A stretch of 32,000 bases of DNA from Pyrolobus fumarii 1A. GTDB taxonomy: Archaea > Thermoproteota > Thermoprotei_A > Sulfolobales > Pyrodictiaceae. The notes beneath the pieces were generated by a model. That model searched no databases, was not told the origin of the DNA, and worked only from the letters and a program-made list of their open reading frames with translations. The translations under genes were made by a program, and so were the position numbers. How positions within the stretch are numbered: position 1 is the first letter of the stretch; each line of letters begins with the position of its first letter. Shown piece after piece: positions 8,989 to 17,479 of the stretch. The stretch spans positions 450,001-482,000 of the forward strand of contig NC_015931.1 in assembly GCF_000223395.1 (NCBI RefSeq), read 5' to 3'.

Positions 8989-9351
8989 TGTCTATACCCG
9001 CACAACCAGAATCAATACCCTTGACCAAGAGCGTTTCCCACGATACACGCCCCGGCAGCCACCATGACACGTACACCACGAGAGCCTAGCCTGGAGGAAG
9101 GACACCCAGCGGAGATATACACTAGGCGGCTAGAATACACCAACGTGTAGAGCACCAGCGCGGGACTCACCCCTCCATCGTAAGAACGGTGACTACGCCT
9201 ATCCAGCGCTAGACGCTGTGTAGACTGGGCGACAGGGCACGCCATAGGCACAAGCCGGGAGCCTAGCCATATGAGCTTCTCCTGGTGGAGCCTAGGATCT
9301 GTGACCGTTAGGGGCTTTGTGGAGACGCTCTACCGGCCCAGGGGGAGTGCA

Positions 9352-10443
9352 TCAATGCCGTGCACCTACTAGCTTCTCTACTGCTCTCGTTATTCTCGGG
9401 TTGTTCTTTGCGAGCCTCTTTAGCATGTTTATTGTGTCCTGGGCTGCGAGTCTTGCGGCTTCTAGCGTGACGTGTAGGTTGTGGAGGGCTAGTGCTTTGG
9501 TGTCCCACCTCATCTCGTCAAGCGTGTCGAAGCGGGTGCAGGCGGGGCACGTGCAGTACTCGGAGGGTTTCAGCCTGGAGCCCCTCGCCTCTATCCGGGC
9601 TGGTAGCCTCCCGGCGAGGTAGTGCTCGGGTGGCGTGTACCAGAGTCTCTTGGCGGCAGCTATTATGAAGGTCTTCGAGTCCATCGAGTCGCCTCCAGCC
9701 GCGTACAATAGCGGTATGTTGACTGGGGAGGCGACGCCGAGGACGTGGAGCCACGCGCCCCGGGGCAGCGCGCTCCTCGCCTCTAGTAGCCTCTCGGTGA
9801 TGTAGGCTGGGTTTCCGCGGTGCGGCACCAGCCCGCCGACCGCGAATCCGTCCACCTCGTCGAGTCTTAGCCCCGCCCTCTCGCGCAGCTCGACCGCGAG
9901 CATCTCGAGGAGGGCTCGTAGCTCGCTGGCGTCGCGGTAGTGGAGGACTATGAGCAGCTTCATGCTCCTCCTCGTCCTCAGCTGGTAGGCCAACGCCGCG
10001 TTCCTAGCCGTAACCCTCAGCCTGTTGAGGACCTCCCCGTCCATCGCGCCGTGGAGGGGGTAGTCCAGGGTGAAGGCATAGTCCGCCCCGAAGCCCTCCT
10101 GCCTCCGGAGTATAGCCTCCACGAGCTCCTCCCCGGGCTCACCCGGGCTCCTCGGCCCCCTCCCCGCCCCATGCCTCCCGGCCAGGAGCCTCGTCTTGTC
10201 CCGGATGTAGAGGAATCCGCCCGAGTCAACCCACGCAGTGACGCTGGGGTCGAGGTGGGTATCCTTACGGTGGTGTGGGCGGAGAAAGTAAGCGTTGACC
10301 ATCGCGTGGTGGTGGCCCAGGCCCTCGGGGGGCGGGCGCCAGTAGGGCGGCGTGTTGCCACCCGCACCGAGGTTATGCACCGGGACTATCACGGGCCTTA
10401 CACTTCCCACCAAGAGTATCCCGAGGAGGCGCCGCGAGCCCAA
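9352..10443 (-). CDS. Short tRNA-guanine transglycosylase (TGT) superfamily protein lacking C-terminal PUA-type domains (arcTGT catalytic-domain-only or DpdA-like)
   Basis: TGT landmarks appear in order: VIVPV..., MVNAYFL, WVDSGGFLY (the DSGGF catalytic Asp motif), FTLDYP, AVGGLVP, LHVLGVASPVNIPLLYAAGGDSMDSKTFI, and the zinc motif CTCPAC...(about 20 aa)...LHNLH. At 363 aa it is shorter than typical archaeosine TGTs. The start is uncertain (TTG at 10443 or the GTG a few codons in). Confidence 0.7.
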   Translation of the reverse strand: MGSRRLLGILLVGSVRPVIVPVHNLGAGGNTPPYWRPPPEGLGHHHAMVNAYFLRPHHRKDTHLDPSVTAWVDSGGFLYIRDKTRLLAGRHGAGRGPRSPGEPGEELVEAILRRQEGFGADYAFTLDYPLHGAMDGEVLNRLRVTARNAALAYQLRTRRSMKLLIVLHYRDASELRALLEMLAVELRERAGLRLDEVDGFAVGGLVPHRGNPAYITERLLEARSALPRGAWLHVLGVASPVNIPLLYAAGGDSMDSKTFIIAAAKRLWYTPPEHYLAGRLPARIEARGSRLKPSEYCTCPACTRFDTLDEMRWDTKALALHNLHVTLEAARLAAQDTINMLKRLAKNNPRITRAVEKLVGARH

Positions 10444-10633
10444 CGCATAAGCCGTTGCACGCGGATAGGCGGGAGTTTCACACTAAACCCCGGGAGCAGC
10501 GTCAGCCACAACCTATACGCGTGGACCGCGAGTCCACAAACGGCCCACGATGCACCACAGGTAGGTGTGGAAGACGGCCCACCCGACCACACGCCACAGA
10601 GCCGCGTAGTCCCTGGGCACGGACGCCCTCCTG

Positions 10634-10969
10634 GTGACCCCACCCTGGTACAATGGGAGGCTCCAGTGGGCCGAGAAGCGGATACTCTGGGTCGTGGAGT
10701 GGCCGGTCGACCCGAGACACTCCGCCGTCCTCGCTTACAACGGGTCTAGGGTGGCGAGGGTCACGAGGGTCTACGTGGTCCTAGAGGAGCCGCTCATAGC
10801 CACGCCCGACAGACCAGAACCCGGGTACCTGTCCAGGGCGGCGAAGTGGTTCTGGGCGCTCTCCGGCGTAGCCAGCGGGATAGCCACGTGCACGGCGCGT
10901 ACCCCGGCCACGTCCCGGCCTACGCAGGCTCCAGGTGCACAGCGTAGACCGTCTGCCGTGACTGGGTAG
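10634..10969 (+). CDS. Hypothetical ORF with no recognisable motifs
   Basis: This is the only sizeable ORF in the 650 bp between the TGT-like gene and array 1. It has a GTG start and no domain signature I can recognise. Confidence 0.2.
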   Translation: MTPPWYNGRLQWAEKRILWVVEWPVDPRHSAVLAYNGSRVARVTRVYVVLEEPLIATPDRPEPGYLSRAAKWFWALSGVASGIATCTARTPATSRPTQAPGAQRRPSAVTG

Positions 10970-11091
10970 CCACCTCCCCCTCCACCCTCGAGGCCACCTC
11001 CTCCAGCTTCTTCACAACCTCCCGGATGAGCACAATCACCTCCTTGTAGGCCTTAATCCAGGTCTTCGAGGGTTACTCTGCAACCGCATGC

Positions 11092-14000
11092 CTTTCAATT
11101 CATTCTTGGTTGTTTCGCAATACTACGTGGTGAAGAGGTGCCGCCAGAGTCAGGCATTGACCTTTCAATTCATTCTTGGTTGTTTCGAGAGCATGACGTG
11201 TGTGTCACAACCGGCAAGAAGGGCGTGTGTATCTTTCAATTCATTCTTGGTTGTTTCCAGCGCCTGCTCCTAGGCCGTGACCGTGACGAGGAGACGGTCT
11301 ATGTCACCCTTTCAATTCATTCTTGGTTGTTTCGGGTGTGGTAGCCGAACGATAGCCTGGCTAGTGATAGTGTGTACTTTCAATTCATTCTTGGTTGTTT
11401 CCCAAACTTGCCACCAATGCCTCAGCCAACACCAAAACCGTAAGCTTTCAATTCATTCTTGGTTGTTTCTCCCCGCGATTGTCGATACGCCGGGTGTCGT
11501 TACCGTTGGCTTTCAATTCATTCTTGGTTGTTTCCTGTGTCCGCGCCCGGGGACACCCCTCCCTCAGCATGTGCTCCTTTCAATTCATTCTTGGTTGTTT
11601 CCCCTTGTAGCGAGCCACGGCCAACACACCAACCCGATGCTAGTTCTTTCAATTCATTCTTGGTTGTTTCACCGCTCTACGCCACCCCCTACCTGAACGT
11701 CACGACCGGCTTTCAATTCATTCTTGGTTGTTTCACAAAACGCGCGATATATAGACGCGCGCGGCTATAATATAATATAACGCGACTTTCAATTCATTCT
11801 TGGTTGTTTCCTCGATAGCTCTACGAATCGCCTCTGAGCGATTTATTCCACGCTTTCAATTCATTCTTGGTTGTTTCACGGATACGTCTCGCACAGACGT
11901 ACCTCTATCGTCACTTTATCTTTTCTTTCAATTCATTCTTGGTTGTTTCGAAACCCTCTTGACGGGAATGTGGCAGGGCAAGTGGAACTTTCAATTCATT
12001 CTTGGTTGTTTCCTACCAACGTGCTGGTGGCCGCAGCCAGCCTAGCCCCGGACATCCTTTCAATTCATTCTTGGTTGTTTCGGCGCTGCTGGAAGCCGTG
12101 GTGGAGTCTATACCGGTGCTGGACCTTTCAATTCATTCTTGGTTGTTTCTACCCGACTGCCAGGGGAGTACACGTTTACGCCACTAGCGAGTCACCATGG
12201 GTCTTTCAATTCATTCTTGGTTGTTTCGCTGCTGCAGCCTTTATTGCACAGAACGGCTCGTAGCTTACCTTTCAATTCATTCTTGGTTGTTTCCTCGAGA
12301 GCCTCTATGAGAGCGTTAGAGGCACTAGCAAGCTCACAGTGCTTTCAATTCATTCTTGGTTGTTTCTCCAATTGCCAGGATCCTCGAGAAGGAGTTAGGT
12401 GAAGTAGCCACTTTCAATTCATTCTTGGTTGTTTCCTAGGAGTTGAAGGGTTCGAAGGCTGAGGCTGGGATGATACTTTCAATTCATTCTTGGTTGTTTC
12501 CTCGTAGGCGAGGTGTACCGCTGGCGTGCCCATCGCCATTGCCTCCTTTCAATTCATTCTTGGTTGTTTCGTAGGGGGTTGCGGGTACGCTGCATGGTTG
12601 ACGAGCCGCTGGGCTTTCAATTCATTCTTGGTTGTTTCCCGAGCCCGAAGGAGCTTGGCGCGCGCGTCTTCAAGGGCGACTTTCAATTCATTCTTGGTTG
12701 TTTCCGATGGCAACGAGGTTGACGTGCACTTCGACCACCTGGCGCACTTTCAATTCATTCTTGGTTGTTTCGCGTTGGAGAGGCTGCTGGAGGAGCGGAG
12801 GGTTGACGCGAGCTTTCAATTCATTCTTGGTTGTTTCGCGTAGACCTTCAGCAGCGCCCCCCTGCTGGCCGCCTTGCCCAGCTTTCAATTCATTCTTGGT
12901 TGTTTCCAGTAGCATGCCGCTATACTACGAAGTGTTCGTGAAGTGCCTTTCAATTCATTCTTGGTTGTTTCACGCAGTGTAACCCGGGAGAGTACGCGTT
13001 CAACGTGTCAGGTCAGCTTTCAATTCATTCTTGGTTGTTTCATCATGGACTTCTTCAACCGCGTGAGCGTCGTTGAGCATACTTTCAATTCATTCTTGGT
13101 TGTTTCCGGGGTACGTGGTCACAACCGCATCACCGTGTGTGCAGCGAACCTTTCAATTCATTCTTGGTTGTTTCAAACCAGCGCCGTGCCTCGGAAACGG
13201 TGATTATGTAGAAATAGCCTTTCAATTCATTCTTGGTTGTTTCCTACGAATAGCATAGGCGGGCACCGTATCTACCTACCCGAGTATGGCTTTCAATTCA
13301 TTCTTGGTTGTTTCGCAACCCGGCCTAGCTGTAGCCATGCTTGTATGCTTCGCCATATACCTTTCAATTCATTCTTGGTTGTTTCAATAGCTCCACTACT
13401 TGGTCAACGGCGTACCCCATCCACTTCTTTCAATTCATTCTTGGTTGTTTCAGGCGAAGCCCGACGAGGTTGCCGCCGAGATATCTGGTATCCCTTTCAA
13501 TTCATTCTTGGTTGTTTCTAGGATAGAGACGGTGAAGGGCAACGGGGCGTTCTTCGAGACTAGTGCTTTCAATTCATTCTTGGTTGTTTCTGATTCTCCC
13601 ACCCGGCTGAGCGGTGATGACGGCAGCCTCCACTCTTTCAATTCATTCTTGGTTGTTTCAGGGCAGTAGGATTAGCGCCAGGAGTGGCGCGAGGGTTATC
13701 AAAAACTTTCAATTCATTCTTGGTTGTTTCTACCGACGAGCAGACGGCTACGCCGCGCACCCAGCGAGAGGCTATCGACTTTCAATTCATTCTTGGTTGT
13801 TTCTCCGCGCGCGAGATCCATCTCTCCCGCCCCCGCGCTTCGGGTAGCTTTCAATTCATTCTTGGTTGTTTCTCGCTCGAGGAGGTGAGGAGGCTGGCCC
13901 AGGAGGGTAGCTTTCAATTCATTCTTGGTTGTTTCGTCGCGTAGTATACGCGCCGCGGTGAGCACCCCGAGCTGCTCCTTTCAATTCATTCTTGGTTGTT

Positions 14001-16549
14001 TCCTGGCCGTGGCCCCTCTCGCAATCGGCCTCAGCTTCCTCCCTTTCAATTCATTCTTGGTTGTTTCGGAGAAGATGGCGGTCTCAGGGCCGCCGCCCGC
14101 GAGGCGGTCCCACTTTCAATTCATTCTTGGTTGTTTCATAGGGGGTCGTCTGGCAACACGACCTTCGAGATAACGTTCAACGTGACGAGCTTTCAATTCA
14201 TTCTTGGTTGTTTCCATCGAGGCTCTGGACTACCTCGCCGAGATGATAGACTATAGGGCTTTCAATTCATTCTTGGTTGTTTCGCCAGGCCCGAGGCGGT
14301 GAGGTTTGACAACGTGGAGAGGAACGGACTTTCAATTCATTCTTGGTTGTTTCACCTTGGCGTCCGGCAGTGGCGGGGCCGACGGCCCCACCAGGCCCCG
14401 CCTTTCAATTCATTCTTGGTTGTTTCGGATTGTTCTAGCATCTGCTCCGAACCCAAATCATAATTCGCTTTCAATTCATTCTTGGTTGTTTCCGTGGCAT
14501 AGTGATAGTGGCAACGCATACTGACATATTCCACGTCGGTCCTTTCAATTCATTCTTGGTTGTTTCTACGGCAGGAGCGCCGAGCAGGTTGAGCTCGCGA
14601 GCCTACTTTCAATTCATTCTTGGTTGTTTCTCTAGCTCTACGCTCACGTTGAGGGGCACGGCTCTCACCCCCTTTCAATTCATTCTTGGTTGTTTCCATG
14701 GGCGCGGTTGAGACCTTCGAGGACAGGATAGCCTCGACTTTCAATTCATTCTTGGTTGTTTCTCTATGGTGGATGGCGAGGACGGCGACATCTGGTACGA
14801 GCTTTCAATTCATTCTTGGTTGTTTCCCGTGTCCTGGTCACCAACCAGCTCCTAGCCCCGGGCGTGCGCGTGCAGCTCTTCGTACTTTCAATTCATTCTT
14901 GGTTGTTTCACGAGGTGAGAGACTTCACAGAGATAGCCCGCATAGTAGCAAAAACGCCTTTCAATTCATTCTTGGTTGTTTCTGGAACCGCCGCCACCGT
15001 TGGCCTGACGCTATTCGTGATTGCTTTCAATTCATTCTTGGTTGTTTCTCCGGATCCCCGCACCGCGTATAGAGGGTATGCGCGGGGGTATAACTTTCAA
15101 TTCATTCTTGGTTGTTTCACATGGAGGAGCCAAGGCTCATAACCGCGATACGCGAGAATGCTTTCAATTCATTCTTGGTTGTTTCCAGAAGTCTTACGAC
15201 GGATACTAGTGGTGCAAATAATGCTTTCAATTCATTCTTGGTTGTTTCACTACACGACCCTGCAAATTCCCATCGTGTCATAGTGTCATACTTTCAATTC
15301 ATTCTTGGTTGTTTCGCGGTCTGGAGCCCGGTGCACGGATCTACATCTACGATGTCTTTCAATTCATTCTTGGTTGTTTCCTGGCCGCCGCACTTGGCGT
15401 TGAGGGTGTGGAGGCAAGCGCTTTCAATTCATTCTTGGTTGTTTCACGAGGCAGTGTGTTAGTGACGATAGGCCGGTGTGTAGCGAGACTTTCAATTCAT
15501 TCTTGGTTGTTTCTTAACAGCGTACTTCAGCGCTTCGCGGACGCCAACGCGTACCTTTCAATTCATTCTTGGTTGTTTCCGCGTTGGTCTTGTAGCTCTC
15601 TGCGCCGGCGTCCACGCGGGAGTCGCTTTCAATTCATTCTTGGTTGTTTCCCCGCATGGGTCTACCCCTCTCCCGAGATGCGCAAGGTAGCGACCCTTTC
15701 AATTCATTCTTGGTTGTTTCGTAGCTCTCGATCCACCCGCGGAACACAGGGTCGGCATGCTTTCAATTCATTCTTGGTTGTTTCCAGCCTCACTAGAATC
15801 TCGTATATCTCGCGGGCTTGTTGTATCTTTCAATTCATTCTTGGTTGTTTCGCTCGGTGTTCAAGTCGGTGGTCTACGACCGTTGCGGGTGCGTCCAGAC
15901 TTTCAATTCATTCTTGGTTGTTTCAGTGATATGCTAGTCGGTGATTTATGGTGATAATAAACGTGCTACTTTCAATTCATTCTTGGTTGTTTCGTACTGA
16001 AAAGTGTTGGTCTACTTGATAAGCTAAGAATGTATCTTTCAATTCATTCTTGGTTGTTTCAATACAAAACAATCAAGATATTGACGGGCCTGCCTTTAGT
16101 AAATGTAACTTTCAATTCATTCTTGGTTGTTTCTTGTAATGCGGGGTGAGGGCATGAAACTGAGAGAATTAGTACTTTCAATTCATTCTTGGTTGTTTCG
16201 ACGTCGTAATGCAGATCATGACGCGGTGGTTGCTAACGCCACTCTTTCAATTCATTCTTGGTTGTTTCTGCGGATAGAGGAGGGGAGGATAACGTTTCCG
16301 ATCGGGGTGCTTTCAATTCATTCTTGGTTGTTTCAAAACGATCCGTGTCGAGTCCGGCCTCGCGATAATCAAGGTACTTTCAATTCATTCTTGGTTGTTT
16401 CAGCGTCACGTCCCAGCTTCTCCTGCCGTAGGCGGTGTACGCTGGTTGGTCTGGACTTTCAATTCATTCTTGGTTGTTTCTCGCTAGGAAGGGCCGCGAG
16501 TGGGTGGCTGCCGTGAGTTATGGGCTTTCAATTCATTCTTGGTTGTTTC
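11092..16549 (-). CRISPR. CRISPR array 1: 80 repeats and 79 spacers, transcribed from the minus strand with the leader at the right end
   Basis: The 25-bp repeat CTTTCAATTCATTCTTGGTTGTTTC (plus strand) was located by hand at 80 positions from 11092 to 16525. Spacers are 38-58 bp. Orientation is set by the ATTGAAAG 3' end of the reverse-complement repeat and by the conserved leader at 16550-16858. The repeats look identical on inspection. Confidence 0.98.
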
Positions 16550-16584
16550 TGCATTCTTGCCGTGTGGTTATAGGGTCTCTCTTC

Positions 16585-16591
16585 TATTTAT
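16585..16591 (-). promoter_or_regulatory. TATA-box-like ATAAATA of the array-1 leader promoter
   Basis: On the minus strand, agaaaagaATAAATAgaag lies about 36-42 nt upstream of the first repeat, preceded by an A-rich BRE-like stretch. The same element sits at the same distance in the array-2 leader. Confidence 0.55.
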
Positions 16592-16661
16592 TCTTTTCTC
16601 TGTTGTCTTTGTTTCTGTGATTTGAGTGTAGTCGTGCCGGGCACAGATGGCCGTGGGGTAT

Positions 16662-16678
16662 GGTCCGCGGGTAGTACC
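16662..16678 (-). promoter_or_regulatory. Leader box GGTACTACC-N3-GGACC (proximal copy, array 1)
   Basis: The plus strand reads ggtccgcgggtagtacc. The box lies 112 bp from the first repeat, exactly as at 23698-23714. Confidence 0.5.
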
Positions 16679-16761
16679 GAGTTTATAAGCCGGGCAAGGG
16701 TTAAATACCGGATTACAGCGGTCGGGAGTACCTCACATCCACCCATGGAACCGTGAGCGAC

Positions 16762-16778
16762 GGTCCACCGGTAGTACC
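16762..16778 (-). promoter_or_regulatory. Leader box GGTACTACC-N3-GGACC (distal copy, array 1)
   Basis: The plus strand reads ggtccaccggtagtacc, exactly 100 bp from the proximal copy. Confidence 0.5.
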
Positions 16779-16854
16779 AGGGGTTAAAAGGATTACGCTG
16801 AGTGGTAGAAAAAGTTTTTCGTAGAGATGTGGTTTATGCTTTTCGGCTCTTGGC

Positions 16855-16938
16855 TTGTGTGGGTTGTGTTGTTTTGGTGGTTTGTTGGGTGTGTGTTGTG
16901 GTGTTGTTGGTTGTTTTGGTAGGTTTGGTGGTGGTGTT
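16855..16938. repeat. Low-complexity tract of about 85 bp made almost entirely of G and T (C/A on the other strand)
   Basis: The sequence ttgtgtgggttgtgttgttttggtggtttgttgggtgtgtgttgtggtgttgttggttgttttggtaggtttggtggtggtgttgt contains a single A and no C after 16854. It lies between the leader homology and the probable cas4 start. Confidence 0.8.
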
Positions 16939-17463
16939 GTGAAGGAGTTTGTGTGGTGTCCGGTTGCTGCGTGGCTCTCTGTTAACCTGGGTGTGTCTCC
17001 TCCGGTGACGCCTCGTATGCTTGAGGGTGTTGAGGGTCACTCGAGGGTGTTGGAGGTTTTGCATGGCTTGGGTTTCGGGGATGCCAGGTTGCTCCCTCCT
17101 CTCGCTTCTCGCAGGTGGCCTATCGTCGTGGCTCCCGACGCGTATAGCCCGTCGCGGGGGGCTCTCCTCGAGGTGAAGTGGGTTGCTAGGATAGACTCTA
17201 GGCTGTATCGTGTGCAGGCGCTGCTGTACGGGGTTGTTGCGCGGGAGAATGGGCTGCGTGTGGAGCGCGTGGGGCTTGTCGATGCTCATCGCGGCCGGGT
17301 GTTGTGGTTTGAGCTGGACTGGGGGTCGTTCAGTATCGTCGAGAGGCTGGTGGAGAGAGTGTTGGAGACCGTGTCTAGGCCGCTGCCTCCGCCGGTCACC
17401 CAGCCGCCCGAGAAGTGCCTGGCGTGCAGGTGGAGGAGGTGGTGCCCCGAGAGGAGCGTCTAG
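16939..17463 (+). CDS. cas4: Cas4 (RecB-like PD-(D/E)xK nuclease with a four-Cys cluster)
   Basis: There is an N-terminal Cys in FVWCPVAAWL (CPRKxWL-like), a nuclease core APDAY...ALLEVKW (D...ExK), the motif YRVQALLYGVV (QxxxY) and the C-terminal CLACRWRRWC. The ORF track opens at 16855, but that extension translates the GT tract, so the GTG at 16939 is the more likely start. Confidence 0.75.
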   Translation: MKEFVWCPVAAWLSVNLGVSPPVTPRMLEGVEGHSRVLEVLHGLGFGDARLLPPLASRRWPIVVAPDAYSPSRGALLEVKWVARIDSRLYRVQALLYGVVARENGLRVERVGLVDAHRGRVLWFELDWGSFSIVERLVERVLETVSRPLPPPVTQPPEKCLACRWRRWCPERSV

Positions 17464-17479
17464 GGTCTACGCCGAGGCT

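Larger units (their letters stand above)
16550..16858 (-). promoter_or_regulatory. Leader of array 1 (309 bp), an inverted copy of the array-2 leader
   Basis: The reverse complement aligns colinearly with 23518-23826 and has the same length. Near-identical blocks include cacagaaacaaagacaacagagaaaa, aaccacacggcaag, taacccctggtactaccggtggaccgt and acaagccaagag.cgaaaagcataa. These blocks are separated by diverged stretches. Confidence 0.75.

Noticed and set aside
1347-10749. Many overlapping Arg/Pro/Ser/Ala-rich ORFs lie antisense or out of frame to the genes called here, for example 1562-1801, 2133-2546, 3299-3826, 3854-4339, 4019-4510, 7604-7936, 9940-10749, 18159-18848 and 21742-22638.
   Set aside because: These are typical shadow ORFs of high-GC coding regions. 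They have low-complexity composition and no motifs, and each is fully overlapped by a gene with clear family signatures.
10920-11052. A minus-strand fragment abutting the distal end of array 1 encodes KAYKEVIVLIREVVKKLEEVASRVEGEVATQSRQTVYAVHLEPA*, which looks like a coiled coil.
   Set aside because: It has only about 43 codons between stops and no clear start. It may be a gene remnant truncated by the array, but there is not enough evidence to call a feature.
11602-11645. An exact 14-nt match, gccacggccaacac, links an array-1 spacer and the array-2 spacer at 24824-24864. Several 9-11-nt matches also link other spacers, for example ttcaacgtg in three spacers.
   Set aside because: With about 5 kb of spacer sequence compared on both strands, matches of 9-11 nt are expected many times by chance, and a single 14-mer is only borderline. 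The flanks do not extend the alignment.
12448-12458. The sequence GGGTTCGAAGG looks like a tRNA T-arm.
   Set aside because: It lies inside a CRISPR spacer, with no acceptor, D or anticodon arms around it.
11088-16620. There are dozens of ORFs of 60-260 aa across both arrays (also 23608-26027) containing recurring peptides FQFILGCF, SIHSWLF, FNSFLVVS and ETTKNELK.
   Set aside because: They are translations of the 25-bp CRISPR repeat in different frames and strands. The periodic identical peptides separated by unrelated spacer-encoded residues are an artefact, not coding sequence.
16834-17289. A 151-aa minus-strand ORF ends in ..QAKSRKA, the same C-terminus as Csa3.
   Set aside because: Only the last 7 or so residues match, because they lie in the duplicated leader segment. 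The rest is the C/A-rich complement of the GT tract and of cas4, with low-complexity T/H/Q/K/P runs. It is not a second csa3.
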